A stretch of 64,000 bases of DNA from an uncultured Pseudomonadota bacterium (GTDB lineage Bacteria; Oederibacteriota; Muellerivitia; Muellerivitales; Muellerivitaceae), in the NCBI GenBank assembly GCA_963770835.1, contig CAVYRH010000005.1:192001-256000 (forward strand), read 5' to 3'. Of this stretch, positions 1 through 9,700 are shown in pieces. The notes under the pieces are model-generated. The model worked only from the letters and a program-made list of their open reading frames with translations. It was not told the origin of the DNA and did no database searches. Numbering within the stretch: position 1 is the first letter of the stretch; each line of letters begins with the position of its first letter. The translations under genes were made by a program, and so were the position numbers.

Positions 1-1
1 C

Positions 2-673
2 TTGGAAGTGGTCGGTGAGGCCTCCAACGGCCTGGAAGCCCTCCAGACCGTCCAAAACCTCCAGCCCGACCTGGTATTCCTGGACATTGAAATGCCCGAA
101 CTGAACGGTTTGGAAGTGGCGGAAGCCTGGGGCGGGAAAGGCCCCGCCGTGGTTTTCGTGACGGCTTATAGCGAGCATGCCTTAAAAGCCTTTGAGCTTT
201 CGGCCCTCGACTACCTTGTGAAGCCCGTGTCCCCCGAGAGGCTGGCTGAGACCATCGAAAGGGTCCGCCGCCAAAAGGAACCCCGGCCCGCAGCCCATCT
301 TCAAAAACTGATTGAGAGTTTGCAAGAAGGCCGAACCCGGCGGAGGATGGCCGTGAAGAGCGGGGCCAAGTACCGCGTTTTCGAGCCGTCCCAGGTTTCC
401 GCCATTGTGGCCCGGGAGCATTATGCTGCCCTCCTGGTGGATGGCCAGGAATTGCTGGCCGACGACAGCCTGGACCAATTGGCCCAAAGGCTGGATCCGG
501 CGAGGTTCTTGCGGATCCACCGCAGCGCCATCATTAACTTGGATTACTTGAGGGAACTGGAACACGAGGGGGACCGGAAATACACGGCGGTTTTATCGGA
601 CCCGGCCAAAACCCGCCTGCCGGTCAGCCGCGAAAAGCTGGAGGATTTGAGGAAGGTGCTGGGTTTGGAATAG
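2..673 (+). CDS. LytTR-family DNA-binding response regulator (probably 5'-truncated by the window edge)
   Basis: REC domain (DLVFLDIEMP, VVFVTAY, ALDYLVKP) and LytTR C-terminus (FLRIHRSAIINL, LPVSR). Confidence 0.95.
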   Translation: MEVVGEASNGLEALQTVQNLQPDLVFLDIEMPELNGLEVAEAWGGKGPAVVFVTAYSEHALKAFELSALDYLVKPVSPERLAETIERVRRQKEPRPAAHLQKLIESLQEGRTRRRMAVKSGAKYRVFEPSQVSAIVAREHYAALLVDGQELLADDSLDQLAQRLDPARFLRIHRSAIINLDYLRELEHEGDRKYTAVLSDPAKTRLPVSREKLEDLRKVLGLE

Positions 674-793
674 CAATCAGGAAAAATCCGGGAAGCCGGA
701 TGGGCCCGAACCGACGGGAAAACGGCGGGATGCCTTTCCTGTCCCGAGGCCAAAAGTTTTTTGGGAGTTCGATGAATTGTGAGGCGGTTTTAA

Positions 794-3700
794 ATGGCAG
801 TCGGCGGACTTACTCTTCAACATCTACAACGGCGGGCCCTCTTGGGCCTGGTGATGGTTTTCGCCTTTGTTTTGCCATTGAGGGCTTTCGGCCAAACACA
901 GTTGACCGCTTCCTCCGGCCTTTCGTCCCCATCGGGTGCCGCAGTCAGTTCGGCCCCAGCAACGGATTTGACCGTCAGTTCCGATGAAGAGATTAAAATA
1001 TTAGACGCCATCGATTCCCAGTCCAACACTCCGAACGCCCAACAAACACCTTCGACGGCCGCTGCCCCCTCTACCCCGGTTTCAGCCTTAACCTCGGTGG
1101 CTTACGCCCCACCGAAGGCCCCCACGGGGTTAAGCGTATTGATCCTGAAGGAAGGGGTTTATCTTTCCTGGGATGCCGCACCGCCGGATTCGCCCGTCAC
1201 CGCCTACAACGTCTACCGGTCCACCACCCCCGGCGGGGGATACCGGCTGGTCAACGCCAAACCACTTTCGGCCCCCTATTTCCTGGATAGCGCCCAAAAT
1301 AGCCTGTCGCTTCCGAGGAACGGAGAGGATTATTTTTACGTGGTTTCCGCCACGGACTCCCAAGGCCAAACTAGTCCCGACTCGGATGAAATCACGGTTA
1401 CCCCCCAAGGCATGGATATTCCTGAGGAAGCGCAGGCCGCCAAACCCACTCCCACGGCCACTCCCGAGGAAAAGGAAATAGCGATCCCCGAAAAAAACAT
1501 CATCAATCTCCAGCTCCCGGCCGATACCCAGTTATCGATCCAGGGGTATAAAAAGATCGATGTCGCATTGGCTTTCCAGGATTTTTACAACCGGCCCGTG
1601 GCCAACGGCATCCTCCAGGAACAGGACACCACCCTCGTAAACCAGGAATTGGTGGTCAACTTGCAAGGAAAGGTGGGGAGAAACGTCGACGTGAACGTGG
1701 ATTATAGCGACGTCAACCGGGCCGGCGGTGTGGACCAAAGCAAACAGATAATTTCCATCGTCTACCACGGCGACCAGGACAGCCCGGTCCAGGAGGTGGA
1801 ATTCGGGGACCTCCAGCTGTTGCTGCCCAACACCGAGTTCGCGGGTTTCAGCAAAAACCTATTCGGGCTCCAGGCCAAGTTGAAATTCGACCAGTTCAGG
1901 CTCACTACCTTTTTCGCCCAGACCAAGGGTATCGCGGAAACCAAGACCTTCACCGGTAATTCCGTCCAGGTGGACAACGTGATCCAAGATATTACCTATA
2001 TCCCCAATAAGTATTTCCTCATCACCAGGGAATTTTTGACTCCAACCTCGACATCAAGTTCCAATGGAGCCCTTCCGACGCCCAATTCCGAGCAGATCTG
2101 GGTGGATGCGGGCAACGGCCAATTGAACCCTACCGGGCCTAATTTCGGGGGGCCTAACAATGCCTTCGAACATTGGTTACCGGGGCGGGATTACACCGTC
2201 GACTACACCACCGGCATCATTACCTTCATACGGGCCATGTCTTCCACCGCCAGGATCGCTGTTGGATTTACAAACCAAAACGGCCAGTACAGGGGCCTGA
2301 ACGCCTATAACAACAGCAACACGGCGAATTTCCCCAACACTACGCCCTCCACCAACCTCTTCGTCCCGGATGACGGGGTGGTCGGCGTTGCGGTCACTAC
2401 GGGCGCTAAACCACACGGCCCAGGATATTTGATCAAGGATAACAACAATTCCGTGGGCAACAGCTCTCCCAATGCCATCGCCCTTTCGCCCCTTTACTTG
2501 GTCAATTATTACAACCTTGGCACCACCAAGATCATTCCCCCGTCGGAAGATCCGAATTTTCTTTTCCAAATCATCAACAACAGCAACACTGTTCTTCAAA
2601 CAGGGCAAGGTGTCTCCCAAGTGGGCGCTTCCAATCCCTGGGTTTACAACGTGGACCTGGACTTCAACTACCTGACGGTCACCAATTCCAATTTCCTGGC
2701 CTCCAGCGCACCCCAGTCCTTTCTTTGGCCGGAACGTCCCTTCGCCAACTTGGACGCTACCGGTGGGTCCAGCTCCAGCGCGAGCCCGCCGGACGTCTAT
2801 TGCCAAACCGTCGCTCCTTTCAGCCAATACAGTATCCATATCCGCTACAAAACCGAATCCAGCAATTACAGCCTGGGACGGTTCAACATCATCCAGGGGA
2901 GCGAATCGGTCTTCCTGGACGGGCGCCGCCTGCGCCGGGACGTGGATTACCTGTTCGACTATACGTCGGGCTTCCTGGACTTCCCCGACAAGAGCATCCT
3001 CCGGCCGGACAGCCAGGTCGTGGTGAGTTACGAATACTCGCCCTTCGGAAGCTTCAGCCAGGACAACATCCTGGGGGCCCGGGCCGAATACGACCTCACC
3101 GACAATTTCTTCATCGGTTCCACCTTCCTGGAGGAGGACGCCCAGCAGCCCATCGACACTCCCCAGATCGGTTCCACTCCCAATTCCCTGACCCTCTTCG
3201 ACGCTGACACCCGGCTGGACTTGTCCCAGGACGACGTGAAATCCCTCACGAGCGCCATTCCCGGCCTGGAAAACTGGAAACCGCCCTTGAGCGTCAAGCT
3301 GTCGGGCGAGGTCGCGCAAAGCTATTTCAACCCCGACACCTTCAACGCGGAAGGGGAGAGTGGCGTGGCTATGATCGATAACATGGAGGGCATCGACAGT
3401 GTGACCGGGGCTTCCACGAACCAAACCAGCTGGCTGGTTTCGGCGGCCCCTGAGCCCGTGGCCTTCCTGGGGAATATACCCTACGACGCGGGGCCGGACC
3501 CGACCAATAACCGCACCCGGTTTTACTGGGCTGGCGCCCCCAACTCTAATATGGAAGTTTTCCAGACCATCGGAACCCAAAACACCGGGTCCGCGAACTT
3601 TACCAACGTTCCGGCCTACGGCGGCCATATCTACGCCCAGACGCAACAAGCCAACGACGCGGTCCAGGTCCTTCAATTTCCTTACAGTAACTTAACCAGC

Positions 3701-6700
3701 AATCAATGGGCGGGGCTTCGGCAGATTATTTCCGTCAACGGAACGGACTTTTCCAACGTTACCTACCTTGAAAGCTATGTTTATAACGACGGCAAACCCA
3801 AATGGATCATGGTGGATTTTGGGGTGATGAGCGAGGAATCCAATGGGGTAGTGAACGCTGCCCCTGGAAGCATTACCTTTTCTGATCCCAATGAATACGC
3901 CCAACCACAACTGCCGGCGAATTCGGCCTATGGTTTGCCGACTTTTTACTATCAAGGCAACCCTTGGTCGGCGGACGGAAGCTATGCCGCGCCGGTGAGC
4001 GGGCTGATCCGGAATGAGCAGACTTCCCAAGAAGGGGTCAGCGTGGGAAGTGGCACCAGTTACGTCAACGAGGACCTGAACGGCGACAATATCCTGGAAG
4101 GAAACTCCAACGATGCCTATTACGAATACGGCATCCAGGCCAACTGGACCGGATGGCATGAGATAAAAATACCTGTCAACTTCACGGCGCCGGACAGCAT
4201 GAGCACCACACCCGACGGGATCACGTACTTTTTTCATACCCAAGGTTTGGCCAGCCCCACCATCATTCGCACGGCCCGGCTTTGGATGACGGGTACAAGC
4301 CCCTCTCCAGTTAGCGGGGACGTTTATTTCGAGAATATTAGTTTTGCCCACAACCTTTGGCAGCTACAGGTGGACCCCACGGCCCCTGCCGGCGTGACGG
4401 TCAATACCTCCGAGTTCGACGCGAATTCCATCAGCCAGGACCAGAACCCCAGTTACCAACCAACCTTGAGGTTCTTGACCGTTGAGGCCGGCCAGGACCA
4501 ATCCGCAATCCTGTATAAGGAAAAAGCCCTGGAACTCACTTACAGCCTGACACAAGGGGATCCTTACAATGGAATGCTATATGCCACCCGTCTTTTCAAC
4601 CAGGGTGTGGACCTCACCGACTACCTGGATCTTCGCATCGATCTTTATATGCGGGCATTTCAGCCGGGGGACGTATTGTATGTCCGCCTGGGCAACGACC
4701 CGCAGGACTATTACCAGTACAACATCGATTTAAGCGCGGCTGCCGTCACTTGCTTGAATACCTGGGGGGTGGTGGACCTTCCGTTAAGTGGTTCGGGGGG
4801 CAACCGCTCGCAGGTGGGAACGCCCTATATCAACCGCACCTCTACTGTCAGTTTCGGCATCATTTCGCACAGCGGGGTATCGGGTTTCGTGGGGGACCTT
4901 TGGATCAACAACCTGCGCGGCGTCAACTCCAACGTGCGAAGCGGCGTGGCCCGGCGTGCCGACGCAGCTTTCCTTATCGGGGACGATTCCAAGAAGCCCT
5001 TCGCTACGGTCAACACCCGGTACAGGGAAGTGGACTCGGGTTTCACGGAGATCGACCAGACCAGCACCCATTTCCAGCATTCCACCCAATTGGGGGCGGA
5101 CTACACTTCCAGCGGGGTGTCCCTTTTCTCCCAGCCGCTGGTAACCCAGGCCTCTTATACCCACCAAGACCTGACTACCGAGTCCGCCTTGCTCAACAAC
5201 CCCTATTACATCGCCCTGCCCAACACCCACACCGACAACGCCACGGGGAGCATCAGCTATACCAAGGACCTGGGGGCTTCCTGGGGCCGTTTGACGGCTG
5301 TGCGGCTATCGGGAAGCTACGACTACGAAATCGACAACTTCCCCACTAGCGACTACCTTTCCCAACCGGGGGTGCAAGGAAACACCCTGAAAGACCAGGA
5401 AGTCTATACGCTGGCCTCCACTTACGACGCCCCCCAGAAGTTCTTCTTCCTGCCTATTGGGGCCAACCAGCTCACGGAAACCTACAGCCTTACCCATAAT
5501 TACCAGGGGTACCTTCCCCCGAACAACCTCGAACTGGCGAGTTACGACCGGACCACCCGGATGCAGACTTATGGCTGGACCAACACGACGGAGATCGTGA
5601 AAAACCTTGTTTTCACCCCTGGTTATACTTGGACCCTTACCGACGCGGAAGGGAACACCACCTCACCGGGCGTTCCGGTATCCATTTCCAGTTATTCCCC
5701 GACTTTCACGCCCTTCCAGGAGCAGACACAGCCCAAGGCGGGGCTGGTGTACCGGGGCATTCCAGGCCTCATCCCCTCGGTGGCCTATACGGGCAGTAAC
5801 GGTTACGACTGGTTTTCCTATCAGGACGGACTTCGGTTTAACAATGCAAATACGCTTAACTACACCTTCAACTTTACGCCCAGCAGCTGGTTCGGTTTCC
5901 TGCAAAAAATAAACCCAACCGTGACCGCGAGCCGGACGGACAACGCCACGGCCGCCATTCCCGGCTACCACAACGGGCTTTTGAACTTCTGGCAACAATG
6001 GCTCATCGACCCTGATTTCAACGACTCCCTTACGGCCAGCCAATCGCGGACCGACCAGCTGACCGCAGAATTCAAGCTATTTGACGTGTGGGATTTCAGG
6101 CCCAACGCCTCCTGGAACAACCAGTTGAGCCTGCTTTCCCAGGGAACGAATCCGGTGCAGCAATATGGGAAAACGCTCGGCCTTACGACCGTCTATAACC
6201 ATAAACTCTTCACCCTGCCCCTGGTGCCCCTTACCATGGATTCCGCCCAGTTCCAATATACCCATACGGACAGTACCCAGTATGATTCTTCCATACCGCC
6301 TAATATTTCTAATGAGACCACCAGCGACCTCTATGGAATCACGCTGCCTTACGAGCTCGGCAAGAATTTTGCCCAGGGCAACATCCATTTGCAGCGCACC
6401 ACGGGCACCCAAAACGGACTTTCCACCTTGAACACCCTCGTGACACAATTGGACGACCAAGCCACCATCGAATACGACCAAAAATTGGCTCCCAACCTGG
6501 AGTTGCACATTCCCTTCACGCATTGGAAAATAAAGCTGGATAACGCCATCGAACTCAAGGCCACCTTCCTGATGGAATTCGTCAACAACCAGTCCACTTA
6601 CATCACCAATGAAACCCTGACCCAAAGGTACCGTGGTACAATCGACATCAATTACAATGCCCTTAAAAACCTGCGAATCGGCATCGGCCTGGCAAATGAG

Positions 6701-6778
6701 TATTTTACAAACACCCTAAATAACCAATTAGATTACGTCCTATGGCAGGGTGACATTTCGGCCGAGGCGCGGTTTTAA
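794..6778 (+). CDS. SprA/Sov-like giant outer-membrane beta-barrel protein with an N-terminal FN3 domain
   Basis: Signal peptide; FN3 (LSWDAAP..YNVYRS..YFYVVSA); SprA-like segments LVVNLQGKVG..DY, IVYHGDQDSPVQEVEFGDLQL..FGLQAKLKF, NIIQGSESVFLDGRRLRRDVDYLFDYTSG, GEVAQSYFNP, AMIDNMEG; ends in beta-signal-like ISAEARF. Confidence 0.8.
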   Translation: MAVGGLTLQHLQRRALLGLVMVFAFVLPLRAFGQTQLTASSGLSSPSGAAVSSAPATDLTVSSDEEIKILDAIDSQSNTPNAQQTPSTAAAPSTPVSALTSVAYAPPKAPTGLSVLILKEGVYLSWDAAPPDSPVTAYNVYRSTTPGGGYRLVNAKPLSAPYFLDSAQNSLSLPRNGEDYFYVVSATDSQGQTSPDSDEITVTPQGMDIPEEAQAAKPTPTATPEEKEIAIPEKNIINLQLPADTQLSIQGYKKIDVALAFQDFYNRPVANGILQEQDTTLVNQELVVNLQGKVGRNVDVNVDYSDVNRAGGVDQSKQIISIVYHGDQDSPVQEVEFGDLQLLLPNTEFAGFSKNLFGLQAKLKFDQFRLTTFFAQTKGIAETKTFTGNSVQVDNVIQDITYIPNKYFLITREFLTPTSTSSSNGALPTPNSEQIWVDAGNGQLNPTGPNFGGPNNAFEHWLPGRDYTVDYTTGIITFIRAMSSTARIAVGFTNQNGQYRGLNAYNNSNTANFPNTTPSTNLFVPDDGVVGVAVTTGAKPHGPGYLIKDNNNSVGNSSPNAIALSPLYLVNYYNLGTTKIIPPSEDPNFLFQIINNSNTVLQTGQGVSQVGASNPWVYNVDLDFNYLTVTNSNFLASSAPQSFLWPERPFANLDATGGSSSSASPPDVYCQTVAPFSQYSIHIRYKTESSNYSLGRFNIIQGSESVFLDGRRLRRDVDYLFDYTSGFLDFPDKSILRPDSQVVVSYEYSPFGSFSQDNILGARAEYDLTDNFFIGSTFLEEDAQQPIDTPQIGSTPNSLTLFDADTRLDLSQDDVKSLTSAIPGLENWKPPLSVKLSGEVAQSYFNPDTFNAEGESGVAMIDNMEGIDSVTGASTNQTSWLVSAAPEPVAFLGNIPYDAGPDPTNNRTRFYWAGAPNSNMEVFQTIGTQNTGSANFTNVPAYGGHIYAQTQQANDAVQVLQFPYSNLTSNQWAGLRQIISVNGTDFSNVTYLESYVYNDGKPKWIMVDFGVMSEESNGVVNAAPGSITFSDPNEYAQPQLPANSAYGLPTFYYQGNPWSADGSYAAPVSGLIRNEQTSQEGVSVGSGTSYVNEDLNGDNILEGNSNDAYYEYGIQANWTGWHEIKIPVNFTAPDSMSTTPDGITYFFHTQGLASPTIIRTARLWMTGTSPSPVSGDVYFENISFAHNLWQLQVDPTAPAGVTVNTSEFDANSISQDQNPSYQPTLRFLTVEAGQDQSAILYKEKALELTYSLTQGDPYNGMLYATRLFNQGVDLTDYLDLRIDLYMRAFQPGDVLYVRLGNDPQDYYQYNIDLSAAAVTCLNTWGVVDLPLSGSGGNRSQVGTPYINRTSTVSFGIISHSGVSGFVGDLWINNLRGVNSNVRSGVARRADAAFLIGDDSKKPFATVNTRYREVDSGFTEIDQTSTHFQHSTQLGADYTSSGVSLFSQPLVTQASYTHQDLTTESALLNNPYYIALPNTHTDNATGSISYTKDLGASWGRLTAVRLSGSYDYEIDNFPTSDYLSQPGVQGNTLKDQEVYTLASTYDAPQKFFFLPIGANQLTETYSLTHNYQGYLPPNNLELASYDRTTRMQTYGWTNTTEIVKNLVFTPGYTWTLTDAEGNTTSPGVPVSISSYSPTFTPFQEQTQPKAGLVYRGIPGLIPSVAYTGSNGYDWFSYQDGLRFNNANTLNYTFNFTPSSWFGFLQKINPTVTASRTDNATAAIPGYHNGLLNFWQQWLIDPDFNDSLTASQSRTDQLTAEFKLFDVWDFRPNASWNNQLSLLSQGTNPVQQYGKTLGLTTVYNHKLFTLPLVPLTMDSAQFQYTHTDSTQYDSSIPPNISNETTSDLYGITLPYELGKNFAQGNIHLQRTTGTQNGLSTLNTLVTQLDDQATIEYDQKLAPNLELHIPFTHWKIKLDNAIELKATFLMEFVNNQSTYITNETLTQRYRGTIDINYNALKNLRIGIGLANEYFTNTLNNQLDYVLWQGDISAEARF

Positions 6779-6780
6779 CC

Positions 6781-9700
6781 ATGAAACCTAAAGACAGCCA
6801 AAAGTCGACAGTCCGCAGTCGGCAGCAACAGCCGCAAAAAACTTGGCTGTGGACTATTATTATTTTTGGGGTTTGTTCGTGGGCAGGGGCCCAGCCGCCT
6901 ACCCCCACAGGCCTGACTGTCTTGCCGCCTTATGATGGGCAAATCAACCTCATTTGGGCGCCGGATTCCAATGCTACTCCGACCGTTTCGGAATACCAGA
7001 TAATCCGACAACTTTGGGATGCAACTTTGACTCCCACGCCCAACCCAATCGGAACGCCTACCCCGATTGCGACAGTTCCTCTTCAAACAATCCCCAGCCC
7101 AGGCACGCCGGTTTACCAGGATTTCCAGGTGACCAATGGACTAAATTACTTTTACCAGGTTTCAGGGGTGGATTCAGGCGGTAATGTGGGGGCGGCCGCA
7201 ACAGTCAACGGGTCCCCCTATTTGGGTCCCGTCGCCGTCCAGCCCGTCGGAGTCCAAAATATCCATTCGAACGCCCTGGATCTTTCCTGGGGAGTTCCCA
7301 ATTCCAGTTACCCTGTTTCCTATTATCAGGTCTACCTTTATCAATACCCTACCTACACCCCAACACCCACCGGAACCTTGGCTCAGGCGACGAATACCCC
7401 CACCCCTCCCTTTCCCGTTGCAACCGTACCGGCTTCCGCGGCTTTGAGCAATACACCCCTAGCCGCTGTTTCGGGAACGACCTATAGCGACACGACCTCC
7501 AACTCCTCAGGCTCCCCGGCCTTTTATTACGTGGTCATGGCCGTGGACAGCCAAGGACATGTGAGCACTCCTCCCGCTTCTGCCGCGGGACCAGCTTTGC
7601 CCCATAATATGGCTTCCCCTGGGCCGCCGGCGCTTTCTGTGTTGGTTGGCCCAGCGGTTTCCCCGACTATTATTCCTTCGGGGTATGGCGCCCGGCTCGT
7701 TTGGACGGGTTCGCTTACTTCTGAAGGCGTGACGGTTTATCAGGTTTTTCAGAACAGCACGCCCATTGCCACCATTCCTTATCAACCAGCAACGCCCACC
7801 GTTACTTATGATGACACGACCCTTCCGGAGGGAAACGGATCCTTGGCGGTCACTTACAGCGTGGTTGCAGTTAATACTTACGGGGTCGGTACTTCCAACA
7901 GCGTTTCGGTTTCTTTGATCGCGGCCAATGAGTCCACGAATATTCAAGTTACGCCCAACGCCACTTCGGGCGCCGTTACAATTACCTGGAACCCCGCGAC
8001 GCCTGGAATCTATGGGCTAGTCGGATACCGTCTCTATAAGAGCCTCTTTGGGGTCCCGACCTTTAATCAGACGCCTATCCCATCCATAAGCCCGACGGCC
8101 ACATTGACACCCACGCCCTTTGCCATTGTGACTTTCAATCCCTCGGCCACCTTTACCCTGACCCCTTACGTGGATTCCCCGCCTCCCAATCTCAACCACA
8201 TGAACTATTGGGTGGAGCCGGTGGATGCGACGGTGCATGGGGGGTTCACGAACTCAGCTTCAACCCCCGCGCTTAATCTCGCGCCAACGCCTCCGTCCTT
8301 TCCCGGCGTGGCCCCCCCGGTGGGGAACAACCAAATCGCGGTCTCCTGGACGGCTGGAGGCGCGGGATTTTTTGGAACACCGGTGGATTATGTTGTTTAC
8401 CGGGTCATCTTGGGAAGCCCTACTCCTACTGTTCAAGCGGTTGCAACCGTTGGGTTCACACCCACCGCAACCCAGGTGAGTTATACCGATATCGTGCCTG
8501 GAGCTACTCCAGGGACGGAAATTGATTATCAGATCGGACTGGTGGACGTGATGGGGAACACCTCGGACCTTAGTACCTTAGGAAACCAGGTTTTCTCAAC
8601 GGGAGTGACAGTACCGGCCGCTCCCACTGTACTTCCGATGGCTGGGTCGGCGGCTTCAATTCGTTTTTGCTGGTTGAATAATCCCCTTGCGGATAGTGTG
8701 ACAAGTTATTCGGTTTTCGGCCCGGACTTGCCAACCATAACCCCAATTGCAACCCCACTCGCCGTGGTTTTTGTCCCCCCACTCTCCACTCCGACCCTGG
8801 TTTTCGCACCCACTCCAAACCCTTGGGCGGCCACCTTTTACTATCTTTCGGCCCAGAATAGTGTGGGTTCTAGCGCGCCAGCCACCCTTTCTGGAATTCC
8901 AGTGCCGCTTTATACGGTAACCGCAGTCATTCCTCCGGGTACACGGCAGGCCCAAGTGTCGTGGACAATGGTACCCGCACCGGTTTCAACGCCATTCGTG
9001 GATAGCTATGGGATTTACCGTTCCTTGCAACCCACTGCGTGTTTTACACCCATTGCCACGGTGATCATTCCGGGCGGGTCCTACACGGATGTGTTGCCGG
9101 CGGCCACGGCGGGTGTCAGTTATTACTACCGCGTCACGGCAAGGGCGGACGACCTCAACGGGCATTTGGCGGAGAGCTCGCTCCATCCCGCTATGACCCC
9201 AGATCCCCTTGGAAGTATCCAGGCCTGGCCCAACCCGCCCAGCGGTTTCACGGCTTTATCAGGTGTAACCCAAACTACCCTAAATTGGGCTGAGAATACT
9301 CCGCAGGAAGGTGTGACAAGCTATACGGTTTATTGGTATGGGACGGGGACTCCAACACCAATCGCTACTGTTTTGGCTACACAAGGCCCTTCGACGGTTT
9401 ATTCTTTCGTGGCTACTGAAACACCTGGAAACCAGTCTTCTTACGATGTAGTGGCGAATAATCCCTCTGGGCCGAGCGATGCGTCCCAATCCATTACGGT
9501 CTTGGTGCCCCCCTCCATGACACCCAACATTGCTCTTTCGCCACCAACTTGGTTTGTCCCTGCGGCCACGATCACGCCGGGGGTCTGGATATCGGGGTTC
9601 ACTTATCCCGGTGCTGTAAGTGGTTATTCCGTCTATTGGTTAAGCATTCCTACACCGGGGGGAACAATCACCCCCTCGCCCACTCCCGCCTATATATCTG

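Noticed and set aside
2177..3676. 499-aa minus-strand ORF and many other antisense ORFs in the track
   Set aside because: Shadow frames of GC-rich, codon-biased genes with no recognisable motifs.
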